DNA of 64,000 bases from Dehalococcoidia bacterium (GTDB lineage: Bacteria > Chloroflexota > Dehalococcoidia > Lucifugimonadales > CAUZJF01). A program made the translations under genes and the position numbers. Below are positions 19,677 through 28,319 of the stretch, one piece after another (position 1 is the first letter of the stretch; each line of letters opens with the position of its first letter). Under the pieces are notes generated by a model that was not told where the DNA came from, made no database searches, and worked only from the letters and a program-made list of their open reading frames with translations. The DNA lies in NCBI GenBank assembly GCA_965237635.1, contig CBDEFX010000002.1:402554-466553 (forward strand). Reading direction: 5' to 3'.

Positions 19677-21206
19677 CTATCGGGCATATCCCAGCTCCGC
19701 GAGCAGTTCGTCCATCTTTGCCACCGCCTCGTCGCGCCGCCGCTCAGCATCCCGCAGCTGCGCCAAGGCGTCCTCGATGCTCATCACTTCCACGGGCTCG
19801 GTAGTGTCCACGTACCGGCTGATGTTCAGATTGAAGTCGTTGGCCCGCATCTCCTCCAGGTCTGCCACGTGGGCGAAGCGTTCCACGTCCTCGAAGGCGG
19901 TATACGCCTCGACGATCCTGGCGATGTGTTCCTTGTCGATATAGTTCCGCGCTTTGCCTTGCCGGAAGCTGCCCTCCTGCGCCGCGTCTACGAACAGCAC
20001 CTTGCCACGCCGCTCGGCGGGTTTGGCTTTGTTCAGTACGCAGATAGCAACGGGGATGCTGGCCCCGGAGAAGAGGTTGGGCGCCAGTCCGATGACCGCC
20101 TCGAACAGGTCGGCCTCCACGATGCCCTGGCGTATCTTCCCCTCCGCCCCGCCCCGGAACAGGATGCCGTGGGGCATCACGATTCCCACCATGCCCTGAG
20201 AGTTGATCACGCCGAGCATGTGCAGTAGGAAGGCGAGGTCACCCTTCGTCTTGGGCGGGATGGCGCCGTAGCGGTCGAAGCGGTGGTGCGGGTCGTTTGG
20301 CGCGAATTCGTGTCCCCAGTTCTTCAAGCTGAAGGGCGGATTGGCGATCAGCCGGTCGTAGGAGAGGAGGCGTCCCGTCCCGTCCACTAGGCCCGGCTCC
20401 GCGATGACGTCGCCGGGTTCCAGACGAGCGGCCCGCAGGCCGTGAAGCAGCAGGTTTAGCTTGCCGATGGCCAGGGTTCCCAGGTTGCGCTCTTGGCCAT
20501 GCAGCGCCAGGTCACGGAGGTCTCCGCCGTGTTCTTGCACGTACTGAGCAGTGTAGATGAGCATCCCGCCGGAGCCAGCGGTGGGGTCGCAGATACGCAT
20601 CCCCTCGCGTGGTTGAAGCAGCTCGATAATGAGGCGCACCACGGGGCGAGGCGTGTAGAACTCGCCGCCCTTCTTCCCAGCGTCGTCGGCGAACCTGTTT
20701 ATCAGGTACTCGTAGGCGTCGCCCAGCACGTTGCCGCCGCCTGCCGCGTCTTCCCGCAAGTTCTCGTCGCGCAGGTCCAGGCCGTCGAAGTGGTTGAGCA
20801 GGCCGCGGATGATGCGTTCACGGTTGGCCGGGCTGCCCAGCTTGGACTCGTCGTTCCAGTTGGTACCCGCCAGCACGCCGTCCAGCCTGGGAGTGTTAGC
20901 GTCCTCGATGGCGTGGCTGACGACGTTCAGGGTTTCGCCCAAGTTCATCGAGGCGGCAGCAATGGCCTCCCAGCGGGCCGATGCTGGGACGAAGAACTCG
21001 TGCTCGTCCCGGTCGTTGAGCGCCACGTCGCGGGCAACGCCCAGCGCGACGGCGTTCTCCACCTCCTCATCGAACCGGTCGGACAGCCGCTTAAGGAAGA
21101 GAATGGAGAAGATGTAGTTCTTGTAGTCGGCGGCGTCGATCTGTCCGCGCAGGATGTCGGCGGCCTGCCACAACTTCGACTCAAGCTCCTGCCTGGTCAA
21201 CGTCAT
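19677..21206 (-). CDS. hsdM: Type I restriction methyltransferase subunit M
   Basis: LWQAADILRG, GKKGGEFYTP, DPTAGSGG, ANPPF, MPHGILFRG. Confidence 0.95.
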   Translation of the reverse strand: MTLTRQELESKLWQAADILRGQIDAADYKNYIFSILFLKRLSDRFDEEVENAVALGVARDVALNDRDEHEFFVPASARWEAIAAASMNLGETLNVVSHAIEDANTPRLDGVLAGTNWNDESKLGSPANRERIIRGLLNHFDGLDLRDENLREDAAGGGNVLGDAYEYLINRFADDAGKKGGEFYTPRPVVRLIIELLQPREGMRICDPTAGSGGMLIYTAQYVQEHGGDLRDLALHGQERNLGTLAIGKLNLLLHGLRAARLEPGDVIAEPGLVDGTGRLLSYDRLIANPPFSLKNWGHEFAPNDPHHRFDRYGAIPPKTKGDLAFLLHMLGVINSQGMVGIVMPHGILFRGGAEGKIRQGIVEADLFEAVIGLAPNLFSGASIPVAICVLNKAKPAERRGKVLFVDAAQEGSFRQGKARNYIDKEHIARIVEAYTAFEDVERFAHVADLEEMRANDFNLNISRYVDTTEPVEVMSIEDALAQLRDAERRRDEAVAKMDELLAELGYAR

Positions 21207-21523
21207 AGGTCTCTCCTCAAGGTTGCTGATACGGCCATGCGGCCAATCTCACTTATCATCGAGTCGCGGAGCGTCTCACGGCGCAGCCGGGCGGCTTTGA
21301 CCGACGATGCATACGCCGCCTCTACGAGCCGGGCTACCGTATCGAGATCACGCGGGGGTGGCACGGGAACCTGAACCTCACCCAAGCTTCTAGCCGACAG
21401 CGACTTGAGGGTGGCGCTCACTGTCATCAGTTTGCCGAACTGCGCCCGGCCATGGGACGAAGTGAGGCAGTACCAGAGCCAGTGCCCCATGCCGGATTCC
21501 GGTTGCTTCGCTCGCACCATCAC
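21203..21523 (-). pseudogene. Short HsdS-like fragment upstream of hsdM
   Basis: ATLKSLSARSLGEVQVPVPP resembles the end of an HsdS TRD; ATGA overlap with hsdM; an in-frame TGA lies just upstream. Confidence 0.55.
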
Positions 21524-21643
21524 CCTTCACGACGGCTGCGACTTCGGCGTGGTGCGCCAGGGTCTCGCCCTGCGGCGCAAGTCCTACATTGAATATACAA
21601 GCTCCAGTTCTCTCGATAGACTAGGTAGTGTTGACATTTCACG

Positions 21644-22450
21644 TTATTCCGCGCTCTCTATGATGCGCCGCTCTTCTGCTGCGACCGCTTTCCTGTCAAA
21701 CTCGATTCCAATCAGATCGCTCTTCAGATACGCCGCATCCCCTTGCCTACGTTCACACCAGAGCAGCAACGCTCCCTCCTCGGGCTTCATCCCCGGCACC
21801 TCGACTTTCCACGGTACAGCCCTCACGCCGACCCATGGCCTTTGCGTCACAACCATCGGTGGTAAGGCATAGGAATGCTCGCTCGGGATCAAGGAGAATC
21901 TGTTCTCCGGCGTCAGACGGATCAACCAGCGATTGAAAAGTGTCCCGATGTGGAAGTCATTGATCTCGTGAAACACCTTGAGCGAATCTGTAAGTTGATC
22001 CCCGCCCTGTTCCTCCCAGAGCGCTTGATTAGGTGTCTCAGGATCCCAGAACATGCCACGTGGCAACCAGACGTTGAGCTGCATGTATTTCACAGTTCGG
22101 TCGCCTCGATTCTGGACCTTCCAATATAGGTGGATCGGCCAAGTCAGGCTTGCTGAGATATGGGGCAGAACGTCCGTTCCTTCGGAGTTCGTGGTGGCTT
22201 GAACATGGATAAAAGATTCTACTCTGTTGGCGACATGAGCCTCGGTGGCCTCCAACTCCGCCTCCGATCCAATCACTCGGGCTTGATTTCGTCTGATGAT
22301 GTTGCCGACGGTGCCCTTATCTAGGCTGTAGTCGAACTCGGCTTCCACCTTCTGAGCGATCACTCGATAGCTCAGATCCGGGGCATTTCGTTTCGTATCG
22401 ATTATGAATTCCCTGATATTGCTCGGGGTTTTTTTTCCTTGCTGACCCAA
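21644..22450 (-). CDS. Hypothetical protein with a possible N-terminal HTH
   Basis: 268 aa; LSYRVIAQKVEAEFDYSLDKGTVGNIIRR is HTH-like. Confidence 0.6.
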   Translation of the reverse strand: MGQQGKKTPSNIREFIIDTKRNAPDLSYRVIAQKVEAEFDYSLDKGTVGNIIRRNQARVIGSEAELEATEAHVANRVESFIHVQATTNSEGTDVLPHISASLTWPIHLYWKVQNRGDRTVKYMQLNVWLPRGMFWDPETPNQALWEEQGGDQLTDSLKVFHEINDFHIGTLFNRWLIRLTPENRFSLIPSEHSYALPPMVVTQRPWVGVRAVPWKVEVPGMKPEEGALLLWCERRQGDAAYLKSDLIGIEFDRKAVAAEERRIIESAE

Positions 22451-22546
22451 CGCGCTCTGCCTTCTTGTGATTCACCGGGGAAACTCGGTGAAAGTCGATG
22501 AATGTCTGCAACGTAAGCGCAAGCCGCCCGAAATGGGGAATCTTAA

Positions 22547-24265
22547 CCCGAATCCACCGAAGGAGGGCGTCGGGTTAGCGTCCTGAGGCGGCAAGAAGGC
22601 GCTCCTGTGCTTCTGGGATAATGGTTTTGTAGCAAAAAAACGACCCCGGAAAAGGAGCACCCAGTAGATGCTGCCACGCAACCACCCCGACCGGATCCAA
22701 ATCACCTTCGACGACCGCCGCTTGGTGGCCAATGCCGGGCTGCTCCTTCCGGCCACCCTGGCGCGGCACCTCGGCCTGCCCGAACTCGTCCGGCAGCGCC
22801 TCGACCTGGGCGATGCCCCGGGGCGGGCGAACACGAGCGACAAGATGATGACGCTGGTGGCGTCTGCGCTGGCTGGGGGCGACTGCATTGACGACGCCGA
22901 TGTGTTGCGCACCGGGGGGACGGCCTGCACCCTGGGCGGCACGGTCAAGGCGCCATCCACCCTGGGCACCTTCCTGCGCAGCTTCCGGTGGGGCCACGTC
23001 CGTCAACTCGACCGGGTGAGCCGCGAGTTGCTGGCCCGGGCTTGGCAGGCCGGGGCGGGACCCGGCGACGGGCCCCTGACCATTGACCTGGACTCCACCA
23101 TCTGCGAGACCTACGGACTGGCCAAGGAGGGCGCCCGCCACCACGGCTATACCGGCAAGCGGGGCTACCACCCGCTGCTGGCCATCGCCGCCGGCACCGG
23201 AGACGTGCTGATGTCCCGGCTGCGCGAGGGCCGGGCCAACACCGCCCGCGGCGCCGCCCACTTCCTGCGGGAGACGGTGGGACGGGTGCGCTACGCCGGG
23301 GCCAACGGACGACTCACGCTACGGGCCGACAGCGGGTTCTACACTCATGGCGTGGTATCCGTCTGCCGCAAGATGGATGTCCGCTTCTCCATCACCATCC
23401 GCCAGCACAAAAGCCTGCACAATCTCATCGAGGCGATACCCGAAGATGCCTGGACGCCGATTCCTTACTGGATGGACGGTGCCGCCGATGTGGCCGAGAC
23501 CACCTGCACCCCCTTCCAGGCCGAGGCGGACGCCGCGCCGGTACGGCTCATCGTCCGGCGGGTGAAGCCGACGCCCGGTTCCCAACTGGCCCTCTTCGCC
23601 AAATACAGCTATCATGGCTTCATCACCGACCGAGACGGGGAGTTGCTCGAACTGGAGGCTGACCATCGCCGCCACGCCGAGATCGAGAATACCATACGCG
23701 ACCTCAAGTACGGCGTCGGGCTGAACCATCTCCCCTCGGGCCGCTTCGCCGCCAACGGCGCCTGGCTGGCCGTCCAGACGATGGCCCACAACCTGGCCCG
23801 CTGGACGGCGCGGATCGGTCTGGGAGAGCGGATAGCCACCACCAAAACCCTCCGGCGGCGGTTCTTCTCCCTGGCCGGACGGCTCACCCGCTCGGCACGC
23901 CGGTTGACCCTGCATCTTCCGGATCGCTGGCCTTGGGCTGAGAAGTTCAGCCGCGCCTTGGCCCGGCTGCGAGCCATTCCACTCCCGGCCTGACGGCACC
24001 GTCGGCGACCGACCCACCCACCGGACAACCGAAGATCCCCGCAGACTCGTGCCAGCCCGGTCCGAGAGAGTTCCCTGCTGCGTATTCTCTCGCCATCCCG
24101 CGCATCGCAGCTCCCGCAGACGGCCATAGGGGCCCCTGTGCGGCGATGAAGACCGTCCGCCGACCTCCCTACCCCAAATGGAACCCAGGCTATTTCCCCT
24201 GTAGCTCCCTCACCCCCCTTCCGCTTTCCTCACGCCGTCCATCGGTGTCCTTCGGTGGATTCGGG
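22547..24265 (+). mobile_element. IS1380-family element, copy 2
   Basis: Same IRs as copy 1; TSD CTTAA at 22542-22546 and 24266-24270. Confidence 0.93.
22668..23993 (+). CDS. IS1380-family transposase
   Basis: 441 aa, same motifs as 11176-12501. Confidence 0.93.
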   Translation: MLPRNHPDRIQITFDDRRLVANAGLLLPATLARHLGLPELVRQRLDLGDAPGRANTSDKMMTLVASALAGGDCIDDADVLRTGGTACTLGGTVKAPSTLGTFLRSFRWGHVRQLDRVSRELLARAWQAGAGPGDGPLTIDLDSTICETYGLAKEGARHHGYTGKRGYHPLLAIAAGTGDVLMSRLREGRANTARGAAHFLRETVGRVRYAGANGRLTLRADSGFYTHGVVSVCRKMDVRFSITIRQHKSLHNLIEAIPEDAWTPIPYWMDGAADVAETTCTPFQAEADAAPVRLIVRRVKPTPGSQLALFAKYSYHGFITDRDGELLELEADHRRHAEIENTIRDLKYGVGLNHLPSGRFAANGAWLAVQTMAHNLARWTARIGLGERIATTKTLRRRFFSLAGRLTRSARRLTLHLPDRWPWAEKFSRALARLRAIPLPA

Positions 24266-24941
24266 CTTAACGAAAGGCCCCAGGATGTCCCAGTATACGC
24301 CCATGGCGGGAGAACAAGGACCGACCGAACCGATGCCAGGTGGCCTGAATCCGGAGGATCGCCATCTCTGAGGTGCTCTGTCCGCTCCGAGGCGACAAAT
24401 CGACAGCCGGGGTTTTACTCGGGCATGCTCCTTGTGTCTAGTCGATGGAAGTCTGCGGGGCATCTCTCTTCCAGGCGCTGGACCGCTACCAGCGATATCA
24501 GGGCAGAGGATTGTGTTGCCCGGGGGCCGTGTAGATGGGGCTCGTGACATCCTTCAAGGAATTCTTGAAAAAACGCGGTGACCGCGCGGGCAGGCCTCAT
24601 ATAAGTGTAAGGAATATATGGGAAACGAATGTTCTAGACGATTCCTTCGACTCGCCGGCTTCCGAGTACGCGACTTCGGAGGGTGGGTGGTCCGAGGAAA
24701 TGCGGAAGAATCGCCAGACCGAGCTGCGGTACCGTCGATGGGGCCGTGGATCTGGTAGCCAAAAGGGGCGAAGTCAGGGTGAGCACTCTCGTAAACGGCG
24801 GGGCCGAGGTACACGAGTGCTCGACGTCTGCAACGGAGAAATAGCTGGCCAAACTCACTTCGGAGTTCGGACCTCTAAACACGACGGTAAACAGCGAGGG
24901 ACGCAACGTGGTCGTTCTCAGCGAGACAAACGAGTACGGAG

Positions 24942-25676
24942 ATGAAGAGGACAGTCTTGATTCCTGAGTCGATGGGCGTCGCGAGTGAGGGAGCCAGCAT
25001 GGCCTCGTTCCACGAGGCAGGGCCCGGTGCGAGTCCGAGGGCGACGCTCCAAGCGATTCGGGTGGGTCCCATAGCTCAGTCGATCGCCAAGCCGCTGATC
25101 GTAAATGGGCACTACCTGCACAGCTATCCGGGTGGCACGAAGCTTGCCTTCGGTGCGTTTCTCGGGAGTGCCCTCCTGGGTGTGCTGACGCTTGGCGTAG
25201 GTCCGAAGCTAGGCTATCAACTCGTCGCAGGAGCCAAGCCGGAAGACTGCGTGACACTTACTCGTCTCTGGCTCTCCGACCGGTTGCCGCGGAACAGCGA
25301 GTCGCGGGTGCTGGGGATCGTGCTTCGTGCGTTGAAGCGGCACACGTCTCTTAAGTTTGTCCTTGCCTACGCCGACCCATCCGTAGGGCACGTGGGAACC
25401 ATCTATCAGGCCAGCGGCTGGTCTTATTCGGGAATTTCGGCAGCCATGCCTATGTACGACCTGGGCGACGGCGTTCCTCGCCACAGTCGAAGCCTCGCCT
25501 ACATGTTCGGGACCCATTCTCAGCGACACTTCGCGACCAACGGAGTCTCGCTGAGACCCCTGCCGCAGCCGGGAAAGCATCGCTACGTCTATTTCCTAGA
25601 TCGTGAGTGCACTCGTCGATTGAATGCGCGAGTTCTGCCATATCCGAAGAAGGAGGACGTTATTGAGGGTCGTTGA
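24942..25676 (+). CDS. mom: Mom-family (GNAT-like) DNA adenine modification protein
   Basis: HYLHS, LTRLWLSDRLPRNSESR, YADPSVGHVGTIYQASGW, KHRYVYFL, recognised as Mom-like motifs; sits next to a ParB-like gene. Confidence 0.8.
   Translation: MKRTVLIPESMGVASEGASMASFHEAGPGASPRATLQAIRVGPIAQSIAKPLIVNGHYLHSYPGGTKLAFGAFLGSALLGVLTLGVGPKLGYQLVAGAKPEDCVTLTRLWLSDRLPRNSESRVLGIVLRALKRHTSLKFVLAYADPSVGHVGTIYQASGWSYSGISAAMPMYDLGDGVPRHSRSLAYMFGTHSQRHFATNGVSLRPLPQPGKHRYVYFLDRECTRRLNARVLPYPKKEDVIEGR
24976..25051 (+). ncRNA. tRNA-Gly(UCC)-like element, non-canonical, overlapping the mom 5' end
   Basis: 76 nt. Acceptor GCGTCGC/GCGACGC + U73 + CCA; D stem GTG/CAT; anticodon stem GCCTC/GAGGC with loop GT-TCC-AC; T stem CCCGG/CCG(A)GG with loop TGCGAGT. 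Confidence 0.8.
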
Positions 25677-26295
25677 TCTACCAGTTGGGAGCCTCAGGGA
25701 GGCGGCCTGGAACCCGAACGCGATGGAACCACCCATGGTCGCAAAACTCCGCATGAGCATCGCCCGGTTCGGCTTAGTCGGGAACCTGGTGGTGCGGCGT
25801 GTGTACGTTGACCGATACGAGGTCATCGGCGGCAACCAACGTCTCCAGGTGTTGAAAGAGATGGGCGTGAAGCAGGTCCCATGCGTGGTCCTTGATCTGG
25901 ACGATGCCGAAGCTCGCCTGCTAGCTCAGGCCCTGAACCACGTAGAGGGCGTCGACAACGCGGGGCTCAAGGCCGAGCTGGTGAAAGAGGTGCTCAAGTC
26001 CATCCCCCGGTCCGAAGTGTTGGCAGTCCTGCCCGAGACCGAGGATGGACTCAGTGTCCTGGAGTCTCTCGGTGAAGCGGACCTCGCGGAGCACCTGCGG
26101 GCATGGGAGCAGGCCCAGGCCGCACGGCTTCGCCATTTCACGGCGCAGCTGTCGGCGAGCCAGCTCGAGGTAGTGGAGGAGGCGATGGAGCGGGCCGCGT
26201 CGGGAACCGGCGCCGATCCCTCGAACCCAAACCAGCGTGGCAACGCCCTCTACCACCTGTGCCAGGAATACCTGGAGAGGAGTCCAACGCCATGA
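25663..26295 (+). CDS. ParB/Srx N-terminal domain protein
   Basis: WNPNAM...LRMSIARFGLVGNLVVR...YEVIGGNQRL. TTG start behind GGAGG, overlapping the mom end. Confidence 0.85.
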   Translation: MRVVDLPVGSLREAAWNPNAMEPPMVAKLRMSIARFGLVGNLVVRRVYVDRYEVIGGNQRLQVLKEMGVKQVPCVVLDLDDAEARLLAQALNHVEGVDNAGLKAELVKEVLKSIPRSEVLAVLPETEDGLSVLESLGEADLAEHLRAWEQAQAARLRHFTAQLSASQLEVVEEAMERAASGTGADPSNPNQRGNALYHLCQEYLERSPTP

Positions 26296-26519
26296 AAAAG
26301 CTGCCATGCCCGGTCTGCTCGGAGACCCTGTCCGTACGCCTAGCCACCGGGCGCAAGTCTGGCAAGCCCTTCGTGATGCTGGTCTGTCCGATCGATGGCA
26401 GACACATCCGCGCCTTCGTCTCCGACCGGGACTTTGTATCCAGCGTCATCGAGAAGGCGGGTATACGCGAACCAGTGTCTAAGCCAGTCCCAACGGGTAG
26501 GACGGGGACGGAAGGGTAG
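26292..26519 (+). CDS. Small Zn-ribbon protein
   Basis: CPVC...CPIDGRH; ATGA overlap with the ParB-like gene. Confidence 0.7.
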   Translation: MKKLPCPVCSETLSVRLATGRKSGKPFVMLVCPIDGRHIRAFVSDRDFVSSVIEKAGIREPVSKPVPTGRTGTEG

Positions 26520-26530
26520 GGACTCCCGCG

Positions 26531-27499
26531 GTGGAAGCATATAAACAACTAAAACTCAGACAGAGGGAAGCACGCATCGCGGCGACCTTGCCCGCCACCA
26601 TTGGAGAAGATGCCATCACTGCCACCGCGCCCATAAGGGAGATAACGACGGGGCTGTCTACCAGGCTGGGCCTGGTGCAGACGGCACTGTCGATGGTGCT
26701 CGAGGGGCGGACCAGGGCCACGGTGACAGAGGTGACCGATCGGGCCGCTGACGACTTCGAGGTATTCATCTTGCCGTCAGTGGGAGGTCAGATCTTCAGT
26801 GATTTGGGAGTCCGGCGCGTCAGTGTCCATGGCCAGCGCCGGCTGATCCTGGAAGCTGAGTCTCTGCAGGCTGTCCACGATGACCTGGTAGGGCAGATGG
26901 AGAGGCTGAAACCTCAGGTTGAGGCAGCGGCGGAAAAGTTCGAGAGGTCGACCGAGACGGTGCAGGTGTTGGAAGGGCGGATGAGCAGGATCTACCAGCG
27001 TGCTAGCCACGAGAAGGAATTGAGGGCGTTCATCATCAAGTACGAGCAAGAGGGCAGGGGGGCCAACGAATGGCAGTCGCGGTACGACGGGCTCAAGGCC
27101 CGCATCCAGCGAGGAGAGGAGTTGAAGGCGGCCTGCCAGGAGCTGGAAGCAAAGATAGCGGAGCTGGGCTCCCCTGAGGAGATGCAGAAGGTATTGGAGG
27201 AGAAGCTTCGGGACCATGAGAGCCGTATGGAGGAGCTAGCCAAACGCGATGAAGCCCTGGAGAAATCGGGACGCGACGTGGACCGCAAGGAAGCGGCTCT
27301 TGAGAAGAAGCTAGAGGAGCTGGATCAGAGGGAGCGGGCTCTTTTGGGCAGGTTCTTCAAGTACAACGTTCGCGAAGGCGTGGTCGAGACAGGCGAGGTC
27401 AAGAAGGAACTGAAGGAAAGGAAGAAGGAACTGGCCCGTCTGGACCGTGAGCTGGGGAAGAAGCGTGGCATGCTGGCCCGGCTGCGAGGGAAGGACTGA
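26531..27499 (+). CDS. Hypothetical protein with a long C-terminal coiled coil
   Basis: 322 aa; E/K/L/R-rich heptads over the last ~200 aa; stop overlaps the resolvase start. Confidence 0.7.
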   Translation: MEAYKQLKLRQREARIAATLPATIGEDAITATAPIREITTGLSTRLGLVQTALSMVLEGRTRATVTEVTDRAADDFEVFILPSVGGQIFSDLGVRRVSVHGQRRLILEAESLQAVHDDLVGQMERLKPQVEAAAEKFERSTETVQVLEGRMSRIYQRASHEKELRAFIIKYEQEGRGANEWQSRYDGLKARIQRGEELKAACQELEAKIAELGSPEEMQKVLEEKLRDHESRMEELAKRDEALEKSGRDVDRKEAALEKKLEELDQRERALLGRFFKYNVREGVVETGEVKKELKERKKELARLDRELGKKRGMLARLRGKD

Positions 27500-28110
27500 T
27501 GCGCGTCGGTCTCTACGCCAGAGTCTCCACCTTGGACAAGGACCAGGACCCCGAGACGCAGCTCGTGGCACTGCGAGAGTTCGTTCGGGCCCAGGGTTGG
27601 GAGATTTTCCGCGAGTACGTGGACCACGCCCCTGCGCGAGACCTGACCCATCGGACGGCCTGGCGCGAGCTACTGGACGACGCGGCCAGGAAGCGATTCA
27701 AGACGGTGGTGGTCTTCAGGCTGGACCGGGCCTTTCGGTCGGTCAAGGACATGCACGACACGCTGGCTACGTGGGAGCTGTTGGGGATCGCTTTCAAGAG
27801 CGTGCGAGAGCAGTTCGACACAGGGACGGCTGTGGGAAGACTGCTGCTGAACCTTCTGGCGGCGGTGGCAGAGTTCGAGTTGGAGCTGATCCGCGAGCGT
27901 GTGAAGGCGGGGATGGACAGGGCTCGCCGACAGGGCAAGCGGATAGGGCGTCCCAGGGTAACGGACCGGCGAGGCTTCGATCGTCGTTTTGGAGCTATTT
28001 TGGAGCGCCTAAGCTCGGGAGAACTATCGAGACGTAAGGCGGCGTTTGAACTGGGTATCGGCTATGCAACGCTCAAACGCCTGATCGACGCACAAGAGTC
28101 GGCTGGCTAG
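27499..28110 (+). CDS. Small serine recombinase (resolvase/invertase) with C-terminal HTH
   Basis: GLYARVST, QDPETQ, VVVFRLDRAFRS, FELELIRERVKAGMDRAR..GKRIGRP. Confidence 0.93.
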   Translation: MRVGLYARVSTLDKDQDPETQLVALREFVRAQGWEIFREYVDHAPARDLTHRTAWRELLDDAARKRFKTVVVFRLDRAFRSVKDMHDTLATWELLGIAFKSVREQFDTGTAVGRLLLNLLAAVAEFELELIRERVKAGMDRARRQGKRIGRPRVTDRRGFDRRFGAILERLSSGELSRRKAAFELGIGYATLKRLIDAQESAG

Positions 28111-28161
28111 GTGGCTGCCTTGGAAACGCCTGTACATCCACAAAACGTGCCTCAAAACGGG

Positions 28162-28188
28162 TTGACGTGTATACGTTCCCGTATACAC
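28162..28188 (+). promoter_or_regulatory. Promoter with overlapping palindromic operator upstream of the large recombinase
   Basis: TTGACG-16 bp-TACACT; perfect IR GTGTATACG-ttcc-CGTATACAC (28167-28188); conserved at 58124-58150. Confidence 0.6.
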
Positions 28189-28319
28189 TGTACCGCCACA
28201 AATCCAGGTGCTGTCAAATACGGTGAGACAGACCTCATCATGATCGATAACTTCCTTGAGACACTTGCCAATGCGGCCATGGCCGTTGCAGCCCGCAGGC
28301 CGAACGACGAGGACGAAGA

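Noticed and set aside
24270-24940. ORFs upstream of mom (24535-24945 and others)
   Set aside because: Conflicting frames with internal stops and no recognisable motif.
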